64,000 bases of DNA from a candidate division FCPU426 bacterium (GCA_963830915.1 CAWHOE010000054.1:25907-89906), one strand, 5' to 3'; positions 26,631 to 39,213 are shown, counted from the stretch's first letter. A program made the numbers and translations. The notes: generated from the sequence alone by a model not told the origin.

Positions 26631-27848
26631 ATGCCCAAGAAGAAAAAGAGCAAAGTCAGCGCCAATAGCCTTCAGGAACAATTATTGGCTCTCAATAAGA
26701 TAGGTATCGCCCTCTCCAAAGAACAAGATCTCAACCAGCTTCTCACCCTCATCCTCACCGAAAGCCGTCAGTTCACCAATTGCGAAGGCGGAAGCCTGTA
26801 CGTCCGCGAGGGCAACCAACTGCGTTTCGCGGTCAGCCAGAACGACGTGTTGGAAGCCCGCAAGAAAGCCGAAGCCAAGGCGCAGAAAAGGCCCTTGGAT
26901 GTCATCCCCTCCAATTTTTCCGGTTTCTACCTTTCGCTGGATAAGAGCTCACTGGCCGGCTATGTCGGCGTGACCGCCAAGGTCCTGAACATCCCGGACG
27001 CCTATAAGATCCCCGCGAACCGCGAGTACAAGGTCAACCGCTCCTTCGACGAGAAGAACAATTACCGCACCCAGAGCATCCTGATCGTTCCCATGAAGGA
27101 CGCCTCAGGCAACGTCGTCGGGGTCATCCAACTCATCAACGCCCGAAAGGGAAAGAAGATCATCCCCTTCGATAAGCACTATGAGAACCTGGTGCTCTCC
27201 CTGGCCAGCCAGGCCGCCATCACCATCAAGAACGCCTTGTTGACCCAGGAACTCAAGGAAGCCTACCTGGATACAATCTTCCGTCTGTCGGTCGCCGCCG
27301 AGTACAAGGACGACGACACGGCGGTCCACATCCACCGCATGAGCCGCTATTCGGCCATCCTGGCGGAGGGGTTGGGCCTGTCGGTGCAAGAAGTGGAAAG
27401 CATCCGTTTCGCTTCCCCCATGCATGATATCGGCAAGTTGGGCGTGCCCGATTCCATCCTCATGAAGCCGGGCAAGTTGACGCCCGCCGAATTCAAGGAA
27501 ATGCAGAACCACACGGTGTTCGGCGGAAAGATATTGGAGAACGCCAAGGCGGAGTTGTTGAAAGTCTCGGAAGTCATCGCCCTGAGCCATCACGAGAAGT
27601 GGGACGGGTCTGGTTACCCGCGGGGCCTGAAGGGCGAAAGCATCCCCCTCATGGGCCGCATCGTGGCGTTGGCCGACGTGTTCGACGCCTTGACCACCAA
27701 GCGCTGTTACAAACCCGCTTTCTCTTTGGAAGAATCCCTCAAGATCATCCGAGAAGGGACGGGCCGGCACTTCGATCCCAACGTGGTGCAGTCCTTCAAC
27801 AACAGCATCGAGAAGATCCTCGCCGTCAAATCACAATTCAGCAACTGA
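26631..27848 (+). CDS. GAF + HD-GYP cyclic-dinucleotide phosphodiesterase
   Basis: GAF with FDEKNNYRT.S.L.VPM; HDIGK, HHEKWDGSGYP, ADVFDAL. Confidence 0.93.
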   Translation: MPKKKKSKVSANSLQEQLLALNKIGIALSKEQDLNQLLTLILTESRQFTNCEGGSLYVREGNQLRFAVSQNDVLEARKKAEAKAQKRPLDVIPSNFSGFYLSLDKSSLAGYVGVTAKVLNIPDAYKIPANREYKVNRSFDEKNNYRTQSILIVPMKDASGNVVGVIQLINARKGKKIIPFDKHYENLVLSLASQAAITIKNALLTQELKEAYLDTIFRLSVAAEYKDDDTAVHIHRMSRYSAILAEGLGLSVQEVESIRFASPMHDIGKLGVPDSILMKPGKLTPAEFKEMQNHTVFGGKILENAKAELLKVSEVIALSHHEKWDGSGYPRGLKGESIPLMGRIVALADVFDALTTKRCYKPAFSLEESLKIIREGTGRHFDPNVVQSFNNSIEKILAVKSQFSN

Positions 27849-27970
27849 TACAGTCCTGTTAGTTCAAAATCCAACCCAAAAAATATTTGCCACAGATTCA
27901 TGGGATTTATGGGATCAAAAAAACGTATAAAATTTGATGCCTATCCACAAAGCTCATCTTACAAATGGGG

Positions 27971-28066
27971 CTCCCCCTTTGAAAAAGGGGGTAGGGGGGT
28001 ATTAGTCGTTGTCGAAATAGTCCGAAAAAACTAACTCCCCCTTGTTCCCCCTCTTTCAGAGGGGGA
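27971..28066. repeat. Inverted pair of CTCCCCC-N-AGGGGG palindromic units (REP-like)
   Basis: CTCCCCCTTTGAAAAAGGGGGTAGGGGGGTATTAG and, on the minus strand, CTCCCCCTCTGAAAGAGGGGGAACAAGGGGGAGTTAG. Confidence 0.75.
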
Positions 28067-28459
28067 GACGGCGCGACCAACAAGTTGACGAAAGTCCAGA
28101 TCAAGGTGCGCTTTGCGGATAGGCATGAAAACTTTGTTTATCTATGCGTGAACACAGGCAATACACCCTGCCGCGAATCATTAAAGAAGTCAGCACAAAC
28201 TTAATCCCATGATAAGAACTACCGAGCTGGAACGAGCGAACCTCTTTTTTCATCCAAGAAAATCCATCAAGGCTGAATGGTTTTTTACTATGGGGTTTTT
28301 CACGCTGGATTGCTTTATTTTTAAGGGCATCTGGAACCGACAAATTTGTCGATAACACACATTATTTTTTGAAGAATTATTTGAGGAATCATTTGATTGG
28401 CAGGGTCTTTGGTTTTAGTCTATAGCACCGTTGGCAAGAAAAATCACAAGGAGAGTCGA

Positions 28460-30629
<2,170 letters not shown>

Positions 30630-30643
30630 AAGCGAGAAGCACC

Positions 30644-30682
30644 AAGACCGCTAATGGGAAACCGTTAGCGGTCTTTTTTTTT
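30644..30682 (+). terminator. Intrinsic terminator after glnA, overlapping the convergent gene end
   Basis: AAGACCGCTAATGG-GAAA-CCGTTAGCGGTCTT then T-run. Confidence 0.85.
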
Positions 30683-31444
30683 GGAGTCGGTCTTTCCCAG
30701 CAGTTGAAGCAGGCCGTCCAGGATGGTCAGGGGATGGGGAGGACAGCCGGGGATGTACAAATCCACGGGAAGGACCGAATCGGCCCCGTTGTGGACCTCC
30801 GGGTTGCCCATGAAGGGCCCGCCGGAAATGGCGCAGGCGCCCACGGCGATGACCAGCTTGGGCGAGGCCACGGCCTCGTAGGTGAGCTTCAGGGCTTCCT
30901 TCATGTTCTGGGTGACGGGTCCGGTGATCAAGAGCCCGTCCGCGTGCCGGGGCGAGGCCACGAACTGCACGCCGAAACGGGAAAGATCGAAGACGATGTT
31001 GTTCAAGACCGCCACGTCATGCTCACAGGCGTTGCACCCGCCCGCGCTGACCTGCCGGAGCTTCAGGGACCTGCCGAAGAGGCGCATCATTTGTTTTTCC
31101 AAAGCCTCGACCCGGGGGTTCAAAAGCCCCTTATCGATGACCAAGCCCTCCCTGGTGCGGGAGGAAAGGCTGAAGTCCCCGCTGAAGGAGACCGCGCCCG
31201 AGGGACAAGCGTCGAAACATTCGGTACAGAAAAGACATTTACCCATATCCAATCGAAGTTCCTTCCCCTTTTGGGAGATGGCCTGGGTTGGACAAGCCTT
31301 CACGCATTCCCCGCAGCCCGCGGGGCATTTCGTAGAGTCGAGCACGGGAAGACCGCGATAACGGTCGGACAGGGTCATCCCGGTCAAGGGGTCGGGGACC
31401 GTATGGTGTCCCTGCTTCAGTCTGGCGAAGATGGAGTCAAACAT
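30665..31444 (-). CDS. Ehr small subunit: ferredoxin domain fused to NuoB/HycG-like domain
   Basis: C...C..C...CP and C..C..C...CP, then GGCNACE, SPRHAD, GACA.SGG, IPGCPPHP. Confidence 0.9.
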   Translation of the reverse strand: MFDSIFARLKQGHHTVPDPLTGMTLSDRYRGLPVLDSTKCPAGCGECVKACPTQAISQKGKELRLDMGKCLFCTECFDACPSGAVSFSGDFSLSSRTREGLVIDKGLLNPRVEALEKQMMRLFGRSLKLRQVSAGGCNACEHDVAVLNNIVFDLSRFGVQFVASPRHADGLLITGPVTQNMKEALKLTYEAVASPKLVIAVGACAISGGPFMGNPEVHNGADSVLPVDLYIPGCPPHPLTILDGLLQLLGKTDSKKKDR

Positions 31445-31453
31445 TTCTTTTCC

Positions 31454-32956
31454 TCATAGGTCATGTCCGCAATAGGACAGGTTGAAACTTTTATTGCACA
31501 GGGGGAAATCGGAGATATCCCCGCCCCTCATGGCGACGGCCAGGCCCATCCAGTTGTGGAAGGAGGGGTCCACGATCTTGTAACGGGAGAATTTGCCCTT
31601 GGGCCCGGTCACGGCCACATGGCAAATCTCCCCCCGCCAGCCTTCCACTAGCGAGACAGCCAAGCGCTTGGGTTTCAGGGCAGGGACCTTGATGGCCAAG
31701 GGGCCTTCGGGCAGGAACTTGAGCAGTTCCCGGATGAATTGGACGGACCTTTGGATCTCCAGCCAGCGCACATAAGCCCTGGAAAAAACATCACCGTTAC
31801 TCCAGATGGAAACTGGGATATGGAAAAAGCGGTAAAGACCCAGAGGATGGTCCCGGCGGACGTCCCGGTCCAGGCCGGAGGCCCGGGCGGCTGGGCCCAC
31901 CATCCCCAACCGCTCGGCGGTGTCTTTCGTTAAAAGCCCCGTCCCCTCGAAACGGGAGAGAAGGGAAGTCTGGGTGAAGAGCAATTCCACCGCGGGTTTC
32001 AGGTCGGCCATGGCCTTGTCGAGCCTTTTGGAAAGTTCCGTGACCCTGGCCGGCTCCAGGTCGAACCTTACCCCGCCCGGCTTGACCAGGCCCCGTCCGA
32101 AGCGGTTCCCGCAGATGAGGGCGGTCAGGTTGAGGAAATCCCCCCGAAGCCTGCCGCAATAGGAAGAGGTGGGCAGGTATCCCACATCGTTGGCCATGTT
32201 TCCCAGGTCGCCCGTATGGTTGGCGATACGTTCCAATTCCAAAGCGATCTCTCGGATACAAAGGGCCCGGGCCGGTAGGCTTTCCCCGATACCGGCCAGG
32301 GATTCTAAGTTCCGCGCGTAAGCGATGGCGTGGCCCAGGGTGGTATCACCCGCCAGGGTTTCCATGACCCGGGGGGAAAGAGGATAGGGTCCGCCGACGA
32401 GGGAGCGTTCCACTCCCCGGTGTTGATAGCCCAGAGATATCTCCAGGTGCAATATCTTCTCGCCGTGGCATTGGAACCGAAAATGTCCCGGCTCGATGAT
32501 GCCGGCGTGGACGGGGCCCACGGAGACCTCATGGACCTCGGTCCCGACCACCTGGAAGTGGTCGGTCACTCCCGGCAGGACCTGGGTTTTCTTCCCGACC
32601 CAGGGGGAATGGAATCGGACCGGTTTGGACCAGGGATGGCCCTGGGGCGTCAGGCCCCATTGTTCCTGGATCTCCCGCTCGAATAGATGGGCCTGGGGCG
32701 CTTGGGGAGTCAGGGACGGGTAGGCGCCGGAAACCTTGGTGGAGAACACTTCCAATGTCCCGGAAAAGTCCAAAGCGATGACGGCGGTCAAAACCAAGGT
32801 CTTGTCCTTTGCGGGAGACGCGAAGAGGGAACAAAGCCTTCCCCCGGTCTCAATGAGTTCGATGATCTTTTTCTGGAAAGCGTCCAGGGAAAGGTTCGGC
32901 AGACCGGAGAGGGCGGTCGATTGGCCGTTGGAAAGGGACAGGGTGGTGGGGGCCAT
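31454..32956 (-). CDS. Ehr large subunit (NuoCD/HycE-like, lacking NiFe-binding CxxC motifs)
   Basis: VGPVHAGIIEPGHFRF, E.LAGD in place of RxCGxC, EGWRGE, DPSF.NW, C-terminal DFPL.NKSFNLSY.G.DL. Confidence 0.9.
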   Translation of the reverse strand: MAPTTLSLSNGQSTALSGLPNLSLDAFQKKIIELIETGGRLCSLFASPAKDKTLVLTAVIALDFSGTLEVFSTKVSGAYPSLTPQAPQAHLFEREIQEQWGLTPQGHPWSKPVRFHSPWVGKKTQVLPGVTDHFQVVGTEVHEVSVGPVHAGIIEPGHFRFQCHGEKILHLEISLGYQHRGVERSLVGGPYPLSPRVMETLAGDTTLGHAIAYARNLESLAGIGESLPARALCIREIALELERIANHTGDLGNMANDVGYLPTSSYCGRLRGDFLNLTALICGNRFGRGLVKPGGVRFDLEPARVTELSKRLDKAMADLKPAVELLFTQTSLLSRFEGTGLLTKDTAERLGMVGPAARASGLDRDVRRDHPLGLYRFFHIPVSIWSNGDVFSRAYVRWLEIQRSVQFIRELLKFLPEGPLAIKVPALKPKRLAVSLVEGWRGEICHVAVTGPKGKFSRYKIVDPSFHNWMGLAVAMRGGDISDFPLCNKSFNLSYCGHDL

Positions 32957-34418
32957 TTAGAACCCCCCTAATTGGGAGGCGGCGAGATTGAGCAGATGGG
33001 CCATGCTTTCGGGCAGGTAAAACCCGAACAAGAGCACCAGGGTCAAAAGCAGGGCCGGAGGCAGGATCATGGCCAGATCGTCCGAACCCTTGGGTTGGTC
33101 CGGGGAGGCGTGCCCCAGGGACATGCGCAAGAAGGCCGCGGCCATCCCGATGAAGATGAAGGTCAGAAAAAATAGATAGAGGACCGACGCCGCTGGATGG
33201 TGATGGTAGGCCGCCCGGAAGATCATCAATTCGCTGAAAAAGGTGCCGAAGGGTGGGGTGCCTGTGATGGAAAAAAATCCGGCCAGCCATAGAAAGCCCG
33301 TGACGGGAAGGACCTTGAGGACGCCTTTGACATCCGTAACTTGTTTGGACTTGTAGACCGCCAGGATGTTCCCGGCCAGCAGGAAGAGGGCCGCCTTGGT
33401 GAGTGAGTGGTTCACAGCGTGGAAGAGCGTGGCGAAGGAAGCCCCGGCCCCCAAGCCGAAGGCCAGGATGCCCATGTGCTCCACGCTGGAATAGGCCAGG
33501 AGGCGTTTGTAGTCCGGCTGGCCGAGGATGAAAACGACAGCCACCACCAGGGAGAAGAGACCGAAACCGAGGAAATAGGTCCGCGCGTAGTCGCCCCAGC
33601 CGGCCCTTTGAAGCAGGATATAAACCCGCAACAAACCAAGGAAAGCGCAGTTCAACAGGGCCCCGGAAAGAAGCGCGGATACCACCGAGGGCGACTCACT
33701 GTGGGCGTCAGGCAGCCAGGTGTGCAGGGGGGCCAACCCCATTTTCGTCCCGTACCCCACCAGAAGGAAAAGAAAGGCCGCCTTCAGCCAGGCCGGATGG
33801 AGGGTGACCGCCAGGGAAAGCATGCTGTTGAAGGTCAGGTCGGTCGCGGAGCCGTTCACGGCGGCGGAAGCGGCCAGGAAGAAATTCCCCAGCAAGGCCA
33901 GGGCGATACCTACCGAGCAGATCAAAAGATATTTCCAGGTGGCTTCCAGCGACCGGTGGTGCCGGTGGAAATAGATCAGCGGGGCGCTGGTCAAGGTGGT
34001 GGCCTCGATAGCCACCCAGAGCAGTCCGAAATGCTGGCTCATGGTCACCAGTGACATAGTGGAAAGAAAGAGCAGAAAGACAGCCGATGAAGATGGACTC
34101 GGGATTGTTGGTAAAGAGCAGACCCGTTTCCACGATGTCCTGATGGACGCCTTGTTGTTCCGAACCTAAATAGCGGAAGGCATAAAGGGAAGCCATGGCG
34201 AAAAGCAGGCTGGTGATGGAAAGAAAGACCAAGCCCAGCGGATCCAACGCCACCAATCCGCCCAGGGCGGAGGGATTGGGATGGGACCAGGCGTTGAAGA
34301 CCAAAAGAAGATGGATGAATGCGGTGATAACAAGCAAGGAACGCCGGACCAGGGAACGGCGTATGAAAAAACAAGACAGCCCCGCGATGGCCGGTATGAA
34401 AAAGAGGGCGAGGGTCAT
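32957..34418 (-). CDS. HyfF-like antiporter-type membrane subunit (one +1 frameshift at ~34076)
   Basis: WVAIEATTL, LEA.WKY, GYGTK.GLAP.H.WLPDAHSE.P, KRLLAYSS.EHMG; N-terminal part in the adjacent frame. Confidence 0.88.
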
Positions 34419-35068
34419 GGCTTATTGTCCTTGAGGGTCGAGAGGCGGTTGGTGTCGATATGGTCGAACTCCCTCTGGATATGGAACACGATGACGCCCA
34501 TCACGAAGACCGCCACGAAAACGTCCAGCAACACACCCAGCTCCACCAACAGGGGCTGTTCCAGGGCCAGGGAGACACCCAAGACATAGATGCCGTTCTC
34601 CAGGACCAGGTAGCCCAGGATCTGCGAGACGGCCAACCGGCGACCGATGAGGATGAGGAATCCCACCGCCATGGTGAAGAATCCCATGGCCAGGTTCAGG
34701 GAAGGGACCTGGAGGGTTAGGGTGGGAAGCCGTGAGGCGGCGACGAAGGAAAGCCCCAGGGCCAGGACGCTCAGGGCGATGGAGGGGAACATGCCCAACA
34801 GAGGCTCGCTTTCCCGGTTGACGCTCACATCCCGGATGGCCAGGGAAAGGAAAAAGGGAAAGACCCAACCCTTGATGAAAACCGAGAGCAGGGAGAAAAG
34901 GAAAAGATAAACGAAGGGCTTGGAAGAATGGACCGAGAGGGGAAGCAGGCCCACCAGGACGCCTTGCAGGGCCACCCACTGGATGCCGGTGCGCAATTGA
35001 TGGGAGGTCAACAGCAGGAAGTCCAACAGGCAGAGGATGAGCAGGGCGGTTTCCAGGAGATGGCTCAT
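34415..35068 (-). CDS. HyfE-like membrane subunit
   Basis: Q..GYL.LENGI, VELG.LLD; ATGA overlaps with neighbours. Confidence 0.88.
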   Translation of the reverse strand: MSHLLETALLILCLLDFLLLTSHQLRTGIQWVALQGVLVGLLPLSVHSSKPFVYLFLFSLLSVFIKGWVFPFFLSLAIRDVSVNRESEPLLGMFPSIALSVLALGLSFVAASRLPTLTLQVPSLNLAMGFFTMAVGFLILIGRRLAVSQILGYLVLENGIYVLGVSLALEQPLLVELGVLLDVFVAVFVMGVIVFHIQREFDHIDTNRLSTLKDNKP

Positions 35069-35970
35069 AGCCCCACCTTCAAGACCTGGATCAATCCCAG
35101 GACCGCCATGATGGCCGCGCCCATCAGCAGCGCCGGGACCCGGTCCAGTTTCACCCGGGCCATGACCGACTCCACCAGTCCGACGGCGACCCCGATCAGA
35201 GCCACGCCCGCCAGGAAAGATAAGGCTCCCCCAAGCCCTTCCAGGCGATTGGGAAGCAGGACCTGGGTCAGGACGGAGGCGAAGACCCACAATTTCAAGG
35301 AGGCGGTGTATTCCACATAGGCCAGGTCCGGACCGCTGTAATCCAGGATCATCACCTCATGGATCATGGTCAGTTCCAGATGGGTGTTGGGATCATCCAC
35401 CGGAACCCGGCTGTTCTCGGTCAGAAGAAGGATGAAAAGGGCCACGGCCCAGAAAACCAGGGCCGCCCCATCCGTGCCCCAGGCCTGGGAGGGGAAACGG
35501 AGCATTTCGTTGAGGCTATTGGAAGAGGCGACGTGGGAAAGGCCCAACAGGACGATGAGCAGGATGGGCTCGGTCAGGCAAGAAAAGAAGGCTTCCCGGC
35601 TGGCGCCCATGCCCTCGAAGCTGGAACCAGTGTCCAGGGCGGCCAGGATGGTGGAATAACGGCACAGGGCCAAGAGGCCGGTCAATAGGAGGAGGTCGCC
35701 GCTGAAAGGAAGCGCGGAAGAAAACCCCGCGGCGGGGATGAGGAGCAAGGCGACAGAAAGACAGGCCAGTCCGACCGCCGGGGTCAGTCTCAGGACCCAG
35801 GAGGAGGTCTGGCTATAGACCGTGCCCTTTCCCAGGAGCCGGGCTAGGTCGTAATAGACCTGGAACCAGCGGGGGCCCTTGCGTCCGGCCAGGAGGGCTT
35901 TGGTCTTGTTGATCACGCCCAACAGCAAGGGGGACAGGAGCAGGGGGAGGAGGATGGTCAGGGGGTTCAT
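35065..35970 (-). CDS. HyfC/HycD/NuoH-like membrane subunit
   Basis: GR.GP...Q.Y.DL, DTGS.F.GMGASRE, EN.R.PVDDP.THLELTMIHE.M. Confidence 0.9.
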   Translation of the reverse strand: MNPLTILLPLLLSPLLLGVINKTKALLAGRKGPRWFQVYYDLARLLGKGTVYSQTSSWVLRLTPAVGLACLSVALLLIPAAGFSSALPFSGDLLLLTGLLALCRYSTILAALDTGSSFEGMGASREAFFSCLTEPILLIVLLGLSHVASSNSLNEMLRFPSQAWGTDGAALVFWAVALFILLLTENSRVPVDDPNTHLELTMIHEVMILDYSGPDLAYVEYTASLKLWVFASVLTQVLLPNRLEGLGGALSFLAGVALIGVAVGLVESVMARVKLDRVPALLMGAAIMAVLGLIQVLKVGL

Positions 35971-37946
35971 GGGACCACCAGCGAACTGAGGAATAGGGCC
36001 AGCAGGGTGAGGGCGATGTAAAGCAGGTAAGCCTGGATCCGGCCCTGTTGGATCCACCGGCCCGCCATCAACCCGTCCCGGAAGCGGCGGTAGAAAGGAA
36101 GCACCAGGCTGTCCTTGGCCGGATCGGGGGTTTGGGTGGAATAATCCGAACCGGAGGGGAAGAGGCCTTCCGGTGGATGGGATTGGGTCCGGGGTCTTAA
36201 CAGGGACCGGAAAAAGTTCATCACCGGTTGGGTGAAGGAAGAGGCCGTGTACTGCATCCTTGGGGTGGGTCGGACATAGGCGCATCCCCAGGTGGGGGCG
36301 TCAGCGGTGGGCTGGGAAGCGACACGCCAACGGCGGAAAGATTCCAGGACCAGCGCCATGAGAAAGAAGAGACCGAAAACCAGGGAGAGCATGGTCAAGG
36401 ACTCGATCGGGGAACCAAGCTCGGCTGAAACCACGAAGGAAGGCAGACCGACAGCCTTGGCCACGACCGGCGAAAAGAGATCGATGATCACGGGAGAGAA
36501 GATCCCGACCGCCAGGCAAGCAAGGGCCAGGAAGGCCATGGGCAGGCGCATGGGCCAACCGCATTCTTGGGTAGTTCTCTCGCTCCTGGGCTTTCCCAAA
36601 AAGACGATCCCCACGACCTTGGTGAAGCAGGCGATGGCCAGGCCCCCGATCAACCCCAGCGAACCGACGGCGGCCAAAAGCGCCAGCATCAAGCCGTAGG
36701 AGGATTGAGGGAATCCGTGAAAAGCGGAAAGGAAGATGAGGAACTCGCTGACGAAGCCGTTCAAGAGAGGAAGGCCGCAGATGGCGGCGGACCCGACCAG
36801 GAACAAGAGCGCGGTCCAGGGCATGGTCTTGATCAGGCCGCCCAGGAGGCTCATTTCCCTCGTGCCCGTTCCTTTCAAGACCGAACCGGCGCCGAGAAAG
36901 AGAAGGCTTTTATATAGGGCGTGGTTCAGGACATGCAGCAATCCGCCGGTGAAACCCAGGACGGCCAAAAGGGGCAGGTGATAGGAAAGCCCCAACAGAC
37001 CCAGGCCCAACCCTAAGGTGATGATGCCGATATTTTCCACGCTGGAATAGGCGAGCAGGCGTTTCAGGTCCTGTTGGGCCATGGCCAAGAGGATGCCCAG
37101 AATGCCGGAGACGGCCCCGGCGCCAAGCAGCAGATATCCCCAGGTAGGGGGAGGCTGGCCCAGGAAGGTCAGGGCCCGGACTAGGCCGTAAATGCCCATT
37201 TTGATGAGCACACCCGACATCAAAGCGGACACATGGCTGGGGGCCGCGGGATGGGCCTCAGGTAACCAGACGTGGAATGGCACCAGACCGGCCTTGATGC
37301 CGAACCCCACCAGGGCGCAAAGGAAAAGGAGGGTGGGGTTGGAAAGGGCCAGGCCCGGCTGGAGGAATTGGTCGAAATCGAAACCGCCCGCTTGCTCTCC
37401 CAGGGAGAAAAAGAAAAAGGTGAGGAAGGCCAGGCCGATGTGGGAGGCCACCAGGTAGAGAAGGCCCGCCCGACGGACCTCCTTATGGTCATGGTCCAGG
37501 ACCACCAGGAAGTAGGAGGAAAGGGACATCAGCTCCCAGGCCGCGAGGAAAAGGACCGCGTTGGCTGAACAAACCACCAACATCATGCTGGCTGTTAACA
37601 GGTGGAACCAGAACCAATGGGGACCCAATTTTTTTTCGGAAGGGTCGAGATATTGGGTGCCGTACAAGGCGGTCAGGAACGAGAGAAGAAGGATAAGAAA
37701 AAGGAAAAAAGCGGAAAGGGCGTCGAGTTTCAGGATGAAATTTCCCATCGGTCCGTTCCAAGGGACAGAGAAAAGAAGAGGGGAACCGTCCTGGAATATT
37801 TCCCACAAGGAGGGGATAAGGACAAGACCCGACAGCAGAGGCCCGGCGGGAGCCAACCAACGCAATAGTCTTGGTCTTGCGGAAAGGAAAAGGCACAGGA
37901 CCGAAGTGAGGACGAGCCACGAGAGGCTCAAGCCCAAGGGATTCAT
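35967..37946 (-). CDS. HyfB-like antiporter-type membrane subunit
   Basis: WELMS..S, K.G..P.H.WLP.AHPAAPSHVSALMSG, KRLLAYSS.ENIG, TW.C.Y.....MQYT. Confidence 0.9.
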   Translation of the reverse strand: MNPLGLSLSWLVLTSVLCLFLSARPRLLRWLAPAGPLLSGLVLIPSLWEIFQDGSPLLFSVPWNGPMGNFILKLDALSAFFLFLILLLSFLTALYGTQYLDPSEKKLGPHWFWFHLLTASMMLVVCSANAVLFLAAWELMSLSSYFLVVLDHDHKEVRRAGLLYLVASHIGLAFLTFFFFSLGEQAGGFDFDQFLQPGLALSNPTLLFLCALVGFGIKAGLVPFHVWLPEAHPAAPSHVSALMSGVLIKMGIYGLVRALTFLGQPPPTWGYLLLGAGAVSGILGILLAMAQQDLKRLLAYSSVENIGIITLGLGLGLLGLSYHLPLLAVLGFTGGLLHVLNHALYKSLLFLGAGSVLKGTGTREMSLLGGLIKTMPWTALLFLVGSAAICGLPLLNGFVSEFLIFLSAFHGFPQSSYGLMLALLAAVGSLGLIGGLAIACFTKVVGIVFLGKPRSERTTQECGWPMRLPMAFLALACLAVGIFSPVIIDLFSPVVAKAVGLPSFVVSAELGSPIESLTMLSLVFGLFFLMALVLESFRRWRVASQPTADAPTWGCAYVRPTPRMQYTASSFTQPVMNFFRSLLRPRTQSHPPEGLFPSGSDYSTQTPDPAKDSLVLPFYRRFRDGLMAGRWIQQGRIQAYLLYIALTLLALFLSSLVVP

Positions 37947-38632
37947 GGTTTGCCTTTTCGCTTGGGCGCTTTGGCCGGCTTGATCCCCTCGGCCTGGGCC
38001 AGGGCGAGGAGCAGGGTTTTGCGGTCAGCCTGTCGCTCGACGGCTTGACGGAAGGATTCGTTCTTCAGGGCGTGGGAGAGGGCGGCCAACATTTGAAGAT
38101 GGGCCCGCACCGTCGGGGAGAAAAGAAGGAAGAGGGCATGGACGGGTTTGCCGTCAGGCGCGTCGAAGGGGATGGGATTTTCCAGGAAGTACAAGTGGAG
38201 GATGGTCTGGTCGGGGGCGAGCACGATGGGATTGCGCACATGGGGAATGGCGATGCCGTGTCCGATGGCGGTGGAGCCCACGTTCTCCCGGGAAAGGAGC
38301 ACGGACAACAGGAAAGCCTTATCGACCTCCTTGGGCAGGGGTAGGGCGTGGAGGATGGCTTTGAAGACCGAGGGCTTGTCTTGACCCTTGATCCCGTGGT
38401 CGACCGTTCCTTTTCCCAATGCCTCAGTAAGGGTGGGAAGGGAGGCGTCCTTGAAAAGTTCCGGGGAGACGGGGATCTGGTTCAGGGTGGCCCATTCCAA
38501 TAACTCGGAGGGATTGAAGAAGGTTTGCTGGTTGACCTTGCGCGCCGGCAAGTTCTTTTCGGCGATCAACTGGTGGACAGTGGCTTCAGGTATGGAGAGG
38601 ATGCGGGCGACGTCACGAACGGATAAAGGCAT
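37943..38632 (-). CDS. Excisionase-type HTH fused to PTS EIIA(Ntr/Fru)-like domain
   Basis: LSVRDVA.IL......V......LPA; RE...STAIG.GIAIPH with the conserved phospho-His. Confidence 0.88.
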   Translation of the reverse strand: MPLSVRDVARILSIPEATVHQLIAEKNLPARKVNQQTFFNPSELLEWATLNQIPVSPELFKDASLPTLTEALGKGTVDHGIKGQDKPSVFKAILHALPLPKEVDKAFLLSVLLSRENVGSTAIGHGIAIPHVRNPIVLAPDQTILHLYFLENPIPFDAPDGKPVHALFLLFSPTVRAHLQMLAALSHALKNESFRQAVERQADRKTLLLALAQAEGIKPAKAPKRKGKP

Positions 38633-38787
38633 GTTTCCCTTCGTTGCCGGTGAAAAATGAGAGACTTCACCGGAACAAACGAGATATGAATCTATCATCG
38701 CGTCGAGGGGCTTTCAAGGGAATCCCCATGAGGGGGAAAGCCCATTTGTTTTGTTTTTTCTTAAAGTGATAGAACCGACTGGGCGAG

Positions 38788-39072
38788 TTAAAGGATAGGT
38801 TTGACGGTGAAGCCGTTCTTATCGAGGAATTTTTCCACACGCCGGCTCACATAGACCAGGTCCTTGCCCTTCAAGGTCTCCTTGAGGTTCTGTTCCACCT
38901 TCGATCCGATCAACTCCAGCAAATGGATCTGGACAGACCGGTGACGGTCCTTGATATAAGGCTCGGGAAGGCTTTTTTCTTCACCCCTGATTTGGGAAGG
39001 GTATACCTGGTTGATTATTTCTGTGGTCAGACAGGAATCCAGGATTCGGTCGATTTGGGTCAACCTATCCAT
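38788..39072 (-). CDS. Hypothetical protein (94 aa)
   Basis: ORF with plausible composition and GGTGA RBS; no recognised motif. Confidence 0.6.
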   Translation of the reverse strand: MDRLTQIDRILDSCLTTEIINQVYPSQIRGEEKSLPEPYIKDRHRSVQIHLLELIGSKVEQNLKETLKGKDLVYVSRRVEKFLDKNGFTVKPIL

Positions 39073-39095
39073 AGATCACCAACTTGTTGTCTTTT

Positions 39096-39148
39096 AGGTT
39101 AAATGATAAACCTTAATGTTTAACTCTGGTTAAATGTTAAACCTAAAT
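39096..39148. promoter_or_regulatory. Tandem quasi-palindromic operator-like sites
   Basis: GGTTAAATGATAAACCT at 39097 and GGTTAAATGTTAAACCT at 39128, 31 bp apart. Confidence 0.6.
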
Positions 39149-39213
39149 AACATAATCGGTCAAACAAATATCCGCTTTTTTTGAAAAAATTTATGGAGGT
39201 CATTTTTCTCAAA

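Noticed and set aside
28398..28413. Sigma-54 promoter before glnA (TGGCAG-N5-TTGG)
   Set aside because: The -12 GC dinucleotide is missing.
31454..32956. Active hydrogenase-4 / formate hydrogenlyase large subunit
   Set aside because: Both Ni-binding CxxC motifs are absent, so it was classed as Ehr.
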